Assembly: GCA_001179505.1 (NCBI GenBank)
Contig: CDMY01000474.1
Span: 5,581-69,580, forward strand
Source of the DNA: Vitrella brassicaformis CCMP3155
Lineage: Eukaryota > Protista > Chromerida
Length of the DNA: 64,000 nucleotides
Direction of reading: 5' to 3'
Numbering within the stretch: the stretch's first letter is position 1; every line of letters begins with the position of its first letter. A program made the position numbers and the translations under genes. Positions 1-11,400 of this stretch are shown in pieces. Below the pieces are notes generated by a model. That model did no database searches, was not told the DNA's origin, and worked only from the letters and a program-made list of their open reading frames with translations.

Positions 1-805
1 GATGTAGCTGTCGATGTTGCTGACGTCTGCCGTCGGGTCGAAGCCTTCCAAGGCCAGCCGCTGCTCCTGCGGGTCGGCGAACAGGATCAGATGGCCGTTG
101 GGGATGGCACCAAGTCGGCGAGACCACATGCTGGCGACAGACAGAAGAGGAAGGAGGTGATGTGATGTGGATTAGATGGATGCATTGCAAGCTGTGCCAC
201 CTGCTGAATCGGACGGTCTCATCGAGGGTCTCGCCGAGGGACACGTCGCCCTTCTCTGGCTTGACAGGAAACTCTGACACGACACAAACCACACACAAAT
301 GCGAAGAACAAGAGGTCGGCGATTCATTTCGGTGCTGCCTTGCCTTCTTTCTCTCACCGATGCAGATCTTGTCAATGCCGTCCTTCAGGGCCGCCAGCGT
401 GCTCTCCGCCGCCTGTCTGGCCATCTCTGTGACATCGAGTGCCCTCACCTTGTTGCTGTCGACGGGCACAATCGGGGCTGCGTGAAGGCGAGATGGAGGG
501 CCGTCGGCGTCTGTGATGTGCCTTCTCCTCCTGTGTGGGAGGATGGGTGGATGGGCTGAGCGAGTGGGCAGCTGGTGAAGGAACGCATCATCCGATGCTG
601 TATCTGCGGAGATGAAGTATGAAATGAGGACAGTGACGATGCAGCAGCCAGACGAGAGCGTCAGAAGCATCGCGGAATGCTGCGGGGAGGTGCGAGCTTC
701 AGCGAAAGATCGACGCGAGAAGAGTGAGAAACAAGAAGACAGATCTGGCCACTGTAGCTCTGGCAAGGTGTTGAGGAGTGCGGCGCTGCATTCGTCGCCG
801 CTCAT
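1..805 (-). CDS. Hypothetical protein, multi-exon, runs off the left edge of the window (partial)
   Basis: The minus strand is open from ATG at 805 (MSGDECSAALLNTLPEL...) through ...PVDSNKVRALDVTEMARQAAESTLAALKDGIDKIC. GT-AG introns lie near 357-274 and 200-140, and a last visible exon reads ...MWSRRLGAIPNGHLILFADPQEQRLALEGFDPTADVSNIDSYI. No family recognised; start uncertain. Confidence 0.5.
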   Translation of the reverse strand, partial: MSGDECSAALLNTLPELQWPDLSSCFSLFSRRSFAEARTSPQHSAMLLTLSSGCCIVTVLISYFISADTASDDAFLHQLPTRSAHPPILPHRRRRHITDADGPPSRLHAAPIVPVDSNKVRALDVTEMARQAAESTLAALKDGIDKICIGERKKARQHRNESPTSCSSHLCVVCVVSEFPVKPEKGDVSLGETLDETVRFSRWHSLQCIHLIHITSPPSSSVCRQHVVSPTWCHPQRPSDPVRRPAGAAAGLGRLRPDGRRQQHRQLH

Positions 806-910
806 CAGATCGAACTCATCCCGCTCCCCGTGTGCTATTCCGCCATAACGGACGTCAGCAACGGCTGAGGGCTGAAGGGCTAACTAACCAAGGAAGGGGC
901 TGCGGTAGGG

Positions 911-3381
911 ATGACAGCGATGAGCAAGATGGCGCGCCCCTCGGTCATGTTTGCCCTCGCCGGCCTCACTCTAGCCATCGCACCCTGCGCCGCCTACGCC
1001 TTCTGGAGGACCGGGGCGGTGCGGGGGGTCCGCAGGGGACTACGGATGCTCGCTGGCGCCAAACCCACACCACCAAAGGCCAACAAACTGCCGCAGAAAG
1101 TCGTATTCGGCAAAATTGAGGGCGAGGCGCGGTGAGGGGGGTGGGTGAGAGAGGGGGGGCTCTGGGTGTGGTTCTGATTTCATTTCCTGTGTGTGATGTG
1201 TTCTCTGTTGTGTGTGTGTGTGTGTGTGTGTGTGTTTGTGTGTGTGTGTCAGGGGTGCGGCTGGTGACGTGCTGATGCACACGGCTACTGCAGAGGACCC
1301 CTACTTCTGGCTGAGGGTTAGTGAGTGGACGATTCACCTCACCTGTCTGTCAGGGGAGAGATGAGAGAGATGTGCTTTGCCTCTATGTGTGCTGTGTGCT
1401 GTTCAGGATAGCGAGCGTAAGGACCCGGCCATGTTGGCCCACCTGGAGGCCGAGAACGACTATGCCGACCAGATGCTCAAGCCACTCAAGGCCCTCAAGG
1501 ACCAGGTTTTCGGCGAATTCCTCGCACACATGAAGGAAACTGACGAGCGGGTCAGGAAACGGCTGACTAAATGGGCACGGTCCATCCATCCGTCGCCCAT
1601 CCTGTCACACACATGGCTGGTTGGTTGTTGGACTGACAGGTGCCGTATCCCCACGGCGGGTGGTACTATTACTCGCGTACGGTGAAGGGGCTGGCGTACG
1701 ACATCTACTGCCGCAAGAAGACCCTCGACGGCGATGAGGTCATACTCCTCGACGTCAACAAACTCGCAGAGGGCAAGAAGTTCTGCGACGTCGCTGGTAC
1801 TACAGTGAGATCATCCATCTAGAACTGACGTCCGTATTGTGATGGATCGTTTGTGTGTGTCGTTGGTGTGTGTAGAGCTGCACCCGAGCCCATCGCACAC
1901 GATCATGGCGTACTCGGTCGACTTCCAGGGGTCAGTCAGTTTACCCACCACATGTGACACAGACAGGCAGACCATCCACACACACACACATCTCTGTCGT
2001 GTGTGTGTTGCCCAGATACGAGACCTACGACATCTACTTCAAGAACCCCACCACAGGTGGGTGCCTAACACTCCACAATCAGCAAGGCACGGGATTGCCG
2101 AGCCCACACTGAGTGTTATGTGTGGTGTGTGTGTCAATCGACAGGGGAATTGTTAGATGACGTGCTGCACGATACCTACGACTCGTTCGTGTGGGGGGCG
2201 GACGAGTCCACCATCTACTACTGGACGTTCGACGAGGCACACAGGTGCGCACACAGAAGGGAAAGTCAGGACCGACAGCACAGCACGACAGCGGGCGGCG
2301 CGTGTGTGTATGTCTGTGCTCTGCAGGCCTTACAAGTTCTGGCGTCATATTCTGGGCACTCCCCAGTCGGAGGACGTCAATCTGTTCACTGAGGACGACA
2401 ACACCTTCTAGTATGGAACCAGCACCAGCGCACACACACGTATGAAAACACCGCTGTCTGTCTGTTGTCTTCCGTGTGTCAGTGTTGGCAGCGGCAAGAC
2501 GCAGAACAGCCGGTTCATAGTGGTCGAGAGCTCTTCCACCGCACCCACCAGCGAAGCACACTACATCGACCTCAAGGTCAAGAGGCAACAGCCATCCACC
2601 CCACACACACACACTCTTTGTGTCCGTGTGTGCATCACATCCTCAGGGTGTGTCAGGTGCTGAGGGTCACAAGAGTGCCCCCCTGGTGTTGTTCCAGGAG
2701 CGCACGAGGGGCATCCAGTTCGACCTCGAGCAGTGGGGCGACCAGTGGTGGATCGTCACCAACAAAGACAAAGCCATGAACAGCAAAATCATGACGTGAG
2801 CGATCGCACACCCACCACACATAGACAGGCGCGGATGCTGCACCCATCCATGCATCCATGCATCCATCCATGTGTGTATGGGTATGGGTGTGCGTGTGTG
2901 TGTCGTGCAGGTGTCCGCTGGGCAACACGACGTTTGAGCACTGGAAGGACTGGCAGCCGTATGACCCCAAAACCAGAATCAAGGCCATCACACCGTTCAA
3001 GGTGAGTTTGGATCCCCAGCCAAACAGCAAGATCCTCTCTCTCTGTGTGTGTGTTGGCGTGAATGATGGTCAGGATCACATCGCAGTGTCGGGTCGCAAG
3101 GGCGGCTACCAGCAGATGTGGATCATCAAACCTGCGGAAGGTCAGCAACCCACACACATGTCTGTCTATGTCACCACACATTTACCCCAGTGTGTCACAT
3201 CACATTTGGTGTGTGTGTGTGTGTGCGTCTGCCTGACGTGCAGACACGTGGTACCAGATAGACTGGCCCGAGGAGCTGCACTCGATCACCATCAGCACCA
3301 ACGAAGAGTTCGACACGGACGTCGTCAGAGTCACGGTATGTCGAGACATACACACAGACACACACACACGGACAATCCGTG

Positions 3382-3415
<34 letters not shown>

Positions 3416-5169
3416 TCTGCGTGTGGTGGATGGATCAGTACTCGTCGATGACGACCCCCCGGCAAACGCTCGACTTCAACATGACCACACAGTGAGCCAT
3501 CACGACACACATGCACACACATGCACACACATGCACACACATTCACACACACGCACATCTCACTCACTGCTACGTCCATCTTGCAGGGATCAGAAGTTGC
3601 TGAAGGAGCAGCCTGTGCCGCACTACAACCGGACTGACTACGCCTCAGAGCGTATCTACGCCACGGCCGTCGACGGCACCCAGATACCCATGTCACTCGT
3701 TTACAAGTACGCGTGTTCGTGCGGCAGGGAGACGCTGCCTGGGACCATAACGTAACTTTTGTTGTGTTGGTCGCGATGATCAGCTCCAAGATCTACCCCG
3801 ACGGCATCCACAAAGTGGGGCGTCTCCCCATCCTCCTATACGGTATCCGTCCCTCCCTCCACACACACATCACATGAGCACACCCCGTGTACCCATTCAC
3901 GGCTGCGTGTGTGTGTGTGTGTGTGTAGGATACGGTTCCTACGGGATATCGCTCGACCCCGACTTCGACTACCGCAGGCTGAGCTACCTCGACAGAGGGG
4001 TCGTGTACGTCATGGCACACATTAGGGGCGGGGAGGACGAGGGCAGGGAGTGGTACGAGGAGCAGGGCAAGTTCCTGACCAAGAAAAACACGGTTAGCAC
4101 ACAGACGGAAGTCACGCGGTGATCGATATCGACGTCTGCCTCCTCTGTGTGGTGTGTTGATGGATGGCTTCAGTTCAGCGACTTCGTCAGCTGTGCGGAG
4201 TACTTGGTGTCCGAGGGATACACCAACACCGAGAGCATCTGTATCAATGGTACTTCACTACCACATTCTCACAGACGTCACACGCGTCAGATATCGCATC
4301 ATATCGTATGGTGTGTGTCTTGATGCAGGTCGTAGTGCTGGCGGCCTGCTGATCGGTGCATCACTGAACCTGCGGCCTGATTTGTTCAAGTGCGTCATCA
4401 CAGCCGTCCCCTTTGTAGACGTCCTCAACACGGTCAGTGCGGGCGGGAGTGGGGACGGGCCGGCCGCAATGCATCGATCCGTCCATCGTCAACGGGTGTA
4501 TGCGTGTGTGCAGATGTCGGATCCGTCCATTCCGCTGACCACTGGCGAGTGGGAGGAGTGGGGCAAGTAAGCCAAGCCACAAACCACATACATCCATCCC
4601 ATCCGCCCGTGTGTTTATGTGAATGTGTGGATGTGTGTCAGTCCCAACATCAAGGAGTACCACTACTACATGAAGGAGTACTCGCCCTATGACAACGTTC
4701 GCGCCACCCGATACCCCGCCATGTTCGTCACGGCCGGACTCTGGGACTCGAGAGTCGCCTATTGGGAACCGGCCAAATGGTGGGTGTGCGCATGAGTGAC
4801 AACACACACGCAAGCAGATGGTGAATTGCGTGTGTTTGTATGTCGTCGATATCAGGGTGGCGAAGCTGCGTGACTTCAAGACGGACGACAACCCGATCAT
4901 CCTCAAAGTCGACACTGCCGCGGGACACTTCAGCGCTTCAGACAGATACAGGGTCAGTCAACCCAGTGCACCCATTGCAAGAACCGATACGCACCGATAC
5001 GCTGTGTGTGTGTGTGTGTGTGTGGTATGTCTGTGGAATGCAGCACATGCGTGAGCGCGCGTTGGAGACGGCCTTTGTGCTGGACCAGCTCTCGTCCACA
5101 GAGCTGCTCGTCCCCGGCCCACCGCTGCCTGACCTCCCTCCTGAGCCAAAGGAGTCATCAAGGTCGTAG
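911..5169 (+). CDS. ptrB: Oligopeptidase B (prolyl oligopeptidase family S9A), many exons, with an N-terminal hydrophobic presequence
   Basis: Spliced exons give [69 protein letters not shown], the nucleophile motif G-R-S-A-G-G (split by an intron at ~4250-4328), [22 protein letters not shown] (catalytic Asp) and AGHFSAS (catalytic His). Stop TAG at 5167-5169. Confidence 0.95.
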
Positions 5170-6400
5170 ACAAGACACACCAGGGGCGGCGCGTAGACAG
5201 ACAGACAGACAGGCAGACAGGTGGTGTTGTTTTCTGTGTAGGTACGCGATTGTGAACATGTAAAGGTGTAGTCAGGGAGACGGACGCGGGCCTGTGTACA
5301 TGTGTGTACATGTTTGGATTCGCTCAAGACGGACGGGAGGGAGGGAGGGAGGGAGGGTCGGCCTATTGGTTTGGCGGGATGTGTCGATCTATGGTGTTTA
5401 CAATGTTCCAAAGGGGAGGCGAGGGAAGTGTTTGCTGGGGATCTTGACGATGAGGCGCAAGGGGGGTGCAGCAAAGCGTCCTACGCGGCCCAGCCGGCCG
5501 GCTGTTGCGTAGGCCCGACCTGTACATGGATGTCGTCTACTCTTGTTCTATTCCTCCGGTCTGTGTGGATGCATGTCAGTGGCTATCTTTCTGTCTGTCA
5601 GTGTCTTATGGGGTGCGGTACGGTGAGGCGGGGCTGGGGGAGTGGGCGACTGAAAGGTCCTTCCGATGATCGATACGATAAGCAATCGTTGACAACGTTT
5701 TGCATAAGGGTGGCTCCGGCGGCGTACTGCGTGTGTGTGAGGGACGCGTGCGTATGTGCGTGCGTGACATCTGCCGGCCTCTATGAGACTCATCTGTGGA
5801 TGTGTGTGTGTGTGTGTGTGTGTTGTGTATGGGTGTGTACGCCTTTTTTTCTTTCCCTGGACTCACTCACTACTCTGACTGACCCTTGACAGACACTGCA
5901 GCCATTCCCGTGTGTGCATATCCACTCATTCTCATCCACTCATCCATCCATTCAAGCGATTTTTATCGATCCAAATCACGCAGTCACCATTGTGCAAAGG
6001 AACGGTCCCCGTCCACCCCCCCACTCACCAACATGAAACAAGCGACACACTGCAGATCTGGGCAACACGCCAGAGCTGGCAAATTAGTTGGGACATCGAA
6101 AGGAAAAAGACAGATCAGACCGTTGGGTCGCGGGTAGGGAATCACACACACGTCAGTCGGCCACGCAGGGCAGCAGCAAAAAAGGACTGCGAAAAAAGGA
6201 GGCTCATCGTGCGACCGCTTAGGCGCGGCGCAGAGACGCATGCACCAGACACGCATCTACGCTGCCAAATAGACCAGGCACATACACCCACACAGACACA
6301 CGCACCAACACTCCCACACCCACACCCACACCCACACCCACGGATGGTAGCTACTCTGCGATGGTGCGATAGACATAAAAAAAGGTTACGACACGCCACG

Positions 6401-8073
6401 CTACGCTTCTCCATTCTGCGTCTCGTATCTTGGCCAGTCGTCGCCCTCAGTGAATGCCTCGAGCTCCTCGCTCGTCATCTCACACCGCTCGTCAGCGCCG
6501 CGTGCCGGGATGCCAGCCGCGTCCACCACACGCGTGACGTTGTAGCCTGCAGCCTCCAACCCAGTCAGCAGCAGATCGTCGTCATGTATCCCCACCAGGG
6601 CATCCTGCAGGCCAGGCAAGGCACCACACACAAGACACCCATACATACATGCCCACCCATCCGTTTCGGCCGCCGGTGGTTTCCTTCCTTCGTTTCTCGC
6701 GCTCTTACCCATTCCAGGGCGAAGACGAACAGCGGCCGGCATGGACCTCTTTGACCCTCACCCTCACCACCAATGACGTTTGTGACGTTCCTCTGGCCCG
6801 TGGCGTTGGCCTGGCTCGTGTTGAGTGTGAAGTTGGACCCACTTGTGGCGTTCGCTTGACTCGTGGAGTTGCCCTCGCTCGTGACGTTCGCTTGAGTCGT
6901 CCCATTGGTGTCCGTCACCGCCTCCCTCGTGCCATTGGCCAGGAGGAAGAGCACCCTGTCGAGCCACAGCTGATTCCTTCGGCTGGTGGCCTCCTTGCGG
7001 GTACGGTTGGCCGCCGAGAACAGCTCCTGCAGCTGCTCGTTGTCGCGGCACGCAGCCTGACGGGCCTCCAGCTCGCCCAGCAGCTCGTCGCTGAAGTATC
7101 CCTCATAGTAGAACGACCCCTTGGAAGCGTTGATGTCCTTGAGCGGGGCGAAATTAAGGCCGCACTCCTCGAAGGCGAAAAGCCGCTCCAGCATGGCCCG
7201 GTCACCTTGCTTCCACGCGTAGACGACGGGCGACTGCGGCGTCGTCAGGGTGGACGGCGGGTACCTGGTGAAGTTCCTGGTGAGGGCCTCGTAAACCGCC
7301 AGAGTCATGTTCAGGTAGACCATCTGCGTGTCGAGTGGAATGTCCCTCGAGTAGTCAAGCGACTGACCCGCCTCGCGTTGCGTCTCGATGGCTGCCGCGG
7401 CCGCGCCTTCTCGTGTGCCGAGAGAGCCGATGTAGCCGGCAAGGGAGAGCCCGTCGGACGCCATGGCACAGTTGAACATATAGTTCCTCTCAAGCAGGAA
7501 GTGCAGGGCGATAGCAGATCCGAAGGGCGTCGAGTTCATGATCTCCCCCGACCACTGCTCGTCGACGTCGTACTGCTCGGGACTGGTGCTAAGGCCTTCC
7601 ACGAGGTCATGCAAGCGGCCCAGACGCTCCTCTACCACAGGGTAGCTGTCCAGCTGGTCAAACAGGGTCCGAGCCAGAGGCAGCGGAATGTCGGGAAGCG
7701 GCTCCTCCTCCTCACTGCCGGCATCCTCCCCCACGACGACATCTGGCTGCGCCTTGTAGAATAGCCTGTCCACCAGCGAGAGGGCGTCCCCCTCATAAGG
7801 CCTATAGAACAGACCCAACTTGGATGTGCCAATGAGGTAAGCCTTCACACCCTCCTGATCCTCCACCTGACGACACAACAGCACCATGCAGGCAGTGCCG
7901 TGCCTCGTGCGTGCCTAGATCTGTGTGTCTGACGGCTGGTGCATGGCGCCTACCCTCCAGATGAGAGGTCTTGGCGCACCATCTTCGCCCAGTCCTCGCA
8001 GTCGCTGCCGGGTAGATGCGAAGCCGCACACGAGCAAGGAGAGCACGGCGAAGATGGTGGCCTTCATATTCAT
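6401..8073 (-). CDS. Secreted, probably N-glycosylated protein of unknown function (3 exons)
   Basis: Signal peptide MNMKATIFAVLSLLVCGFA at 8073. An in-frame intron 7953-7867 joins IWR|VEDQEG; a long exon 2 runs to ...FALEW, and an intron joins DALVGIHDD...QNGEA* (6401). A cluster of N-x-S/T sequons lies at about 6770-6915. Confidence 0.75.
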
Positions 8074-8447
8074 GGAGGAGGAGGGTAGATCTTTGTCAGG
8101 GTTCCGGCCGTTAACAGAGAAGCTCGCAAATCTTGGATCTTTCCCTTTTGGCTGGTTTTTCCCTTTGGCAAGTATGTGTGACTCCCCACGAGGAGATCCA
8201 ACAATAAAATCGCAGAACGGATGCGTCAAAAGCGAGAAAAACGGTGGTTCGACCCTCACTCGATCAGCTGGAAAATGACGGATTCTCGTCAAAAATGAGC
8301 ACCTGTGAAGGTCTCAAAGACCTCAATCGAGACCTTCAGTCAGCCACGGATCGGGGGAATTCCTCTGCTCCGAGTCGTCAGGCGGAGGCCCCCACCGTGC
8401 CCCCGGCCCAGTCTTCGGCTTTTTCCTTTTTCTCCGCCGACAATTGA

Positions 8448-11400
8448 GTGATGGTGCTTGACAAGTCGACGGCAATGGATGCTCCGGAGGAGCGGCATAA
8501 AGTGGCAGTGAGAGTGCGGCCCTACCTGCCAAAAGAGAAGGAGCACCCAGGGGACTCGCCTGTGAGATGCCTTACCGAGAGATGTGTGCAGGTGAGTATG
8601 CAAGAGAGACAACTGGCTGACCGCATGCTGGTGTGATTGAATGCATGTCGTGAGCAGGTGCTGCTTCCGTCTGATGGCAGTGTGGAGGGCCAGATAGAGC
8701 CCGGCATCAGGTACTGATAAAGACATGAAAGGTTGTCATTGGACTGTCTTGTGTCTACTGGACAGACACAAAGACTACTTCTTCGACCATATATTCAACT
8801 CTGGTACTAAGTAACACAGACCAGAGAACCACCAAATCACAGCGTCGTTCTGTCATTCAATGTCGTTCTCTTCGTGTGTATGCAGTTGACCGCAGTAACG
8901 ACAAGTATGCGGGTCAGCGTGAGGTGTACCAGACCATGGGGCGGATGATGCTCAAGAGTGCGTGGCGGGGGTTCAACACGTGCCTCTTGGCTTATGGACA
9001 AACGGGGTCAGGGAAAAGCCACTCGGTCGTGGGTACCGACACCGATCCCGGCCTCTTGCCACGCATCGCGACAAAGCTCTTTGAGATTGTGGCCGAGCAC
9101 GATAGGAGACAGCAGCTGGCTCAGAAGAACCGTGGGGACATCCGCGGTGTCGCAAGACGAAAGTCGCTAGCCCACGGCCTTCGGTCGCTGCCAAGGACAG
9201 GCAGCGACGACAGAGACTTAGGTCACTCGCCAGCTGTCACCCCTGGGTCCGTCAAGCCCTCTCCGGCACTCACTCTGTTGCAGAGACAAAAGTCAGACAA
9301 ACTGCTGGACTACGCCGAGGTAATCACATGCACACAGCAGAGGCCAGTCGGATTGATGGATGGTCCAATCCATGCAGGAGGACGAAGGCGCGCTCACGAT
9401 GGAGGTGCCACTCCAAGACGCTTCCAAGCCAAGGGCGGCCCTGACGGCCGAGGTGTTCAAGAGGCTCGGCCAGACAGGCAGTGTGATGCACAGCGGGTCG
9501 ATATCTAAGCCCACGGTGTCGGCCAAAGGAAAGAAGACCGAAAAACCAATCGAGAAGGGCAAGGTCATCATTACCATGACCTTCATTGAGGTGCGCACGT
9601 GTGTGTATAGATATGGAAGGCTCTTGGACGACTGGGGGCGTTTGTGTGTGTGTGTGTGAACATACAACAGATCTATCATGAGAAGGTGCGTGACTTGCTG
9701 GCATTGCCAAACCAAGATGCAGCCTGCCAGGTTCACACTCACCCCACCATCGGCGTATTCCTTAATGGTGCCGTTCAGCCTGTCGTCACGTCAATCAATG
9801 TATGTAGGAAAAACTCGCTTCCGCTTTCTCATTTCCTTGTTTGCGGTGTGCGTGCAGGATTTGAACACCTATGTCTCCTATGGCCTGCGGTCCCGCTCGA
9901 CGGCCAACACGGGCCTCAATGCCCACAGCTCCCGGAGCCACGCCATAGTCACCCTCTACATTAATAGGGTGGGTGAATGCGCTGGCCGTCTCCACCTGGT
10001 GGATCTGGCTGGTGCTGAGAATGTGTCCAACGTCCGTGGGGGGCAGGAGAGGCAGACAGAGGGAAGGTATATCAACAAGGGGCTCCTGCAGCTGTCGATC
10101 GTCATCAACCAGATCGTGGAGAAACAGAAACAGCAGAAAATGGCCGAGTTCGCCATCCCGGGAAGCGAGACGAAGCAGCGTAGGAAAGAGACAGCAGCCC
10201 CATCGGCATTTGTATTCGTATCTGAATTGTGCGTCTGTGTCTCTTTCGCAGGCCATATTGCCTACAGAGACTCAAAGCTGACCTACTTTCTGTCGGACTC
10301 ATTGGAAGGCAACAGCCGGACAGCGCTGCTGGCCAATATCAGCCCCAATTCGAAGGACCTGCAGTACACCCTGTCCACCTTGCGCTTCGCCGAGCTCATG
10401 TCCCGCATCAAAGTCAAGCCGCGTATCAACAAAACACCGCAGGCCCTGCTCGATGACTTGCGGAAATACATGAACAGGTGCGTAGCCCAAGTCACCGAGC
10501 ACCTTCGTACTAGTGTGTTTTTGTCAGTCTGAAGTCGGGGCTGGCGATGAATGAGGATGGTCGGCTTGAGACGCTTATGAAGGACATACAGGAAATACAA
10601 GACGTCGAGAAGTTTGCGGAGATACTCAAGGTGACCCAGAGGAGCGAAGATACACAGAGATTCACGAAGGAGTTGACACTCATCCGTGGTCTCTCCAGGG
10701 TCTGGCCACGGGCTACGGTGCCACCGCACAACGCGACGACACGCGGACACGGGTGGAGATAGACAACAAGTGCCCACTGCATTGACTGACGTGGCGTCTC
10801 TGTCTCTTTCTCTCTCACGCAGCGGCGTATGAGTCATCATCTGGGTGGCGGCGGGTCGATCATGACGCCTTTTCTCACCAACATATCCGTGGATCCCATC
10901 CTCAACAACAAAATCAAGCTTGTGCTCAGCCAGCCCTCACAAACTATCGGCACCGACCTCACGTGCGAGCTCGTCCTGCAGGGCCTCGGCATTCTGCCAG
11001 CTCACTGTCGACTCAGGCGACCCCCCGAGGAGAAGCCCCCTACCCTGCCAGAAGGGGCCAACCTCATGCTGCCCATCAGCACAGCACCTACGGTGGCCTT
11101 CCAGGTACAGCCGAGCGGAGAATCCTTCTCATCGGGTGACTCGTCCTCTGCCGTCGGTTCGCCCCAACGATCCATTCTGCGCGGCTCTGCGTCCTCGTCA
11201 CCAGCGGCGAGAGGCTCTGCGCGCCGAGTGACCCTCGTGGAAGGGCCGTTCGGCAACCCTGTGTTGCAGCAAGAAGACGAGAGACAAGAGGATATGGCAC
11301 CGGCAGATGAGACTGGCAGCGCAGAGAAAGACGAGAGTGAGTCGCTGTCGGAGTCTGCGGCGTCAGCTGATCACGAGTTCCACGGGCATGAGAGTCAGCA

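Noticed and set aside
1040-1282. Many ORFs rich in HTHT, CVCV, DRQT or HPSI
   Set aside because: They are translations of intronic (AC)n, (GT)n, (GACA)n and (CCAT)n microsatellites.
6649-7764. 371-aa plus-strand ORF (also 33655-34503 +, 43873-45000 -, 45563-46519 - and similar)
   Set aside because: These are antisense shadows of real GC-rich coding exons on the opposite strand, with no motifs of their own.
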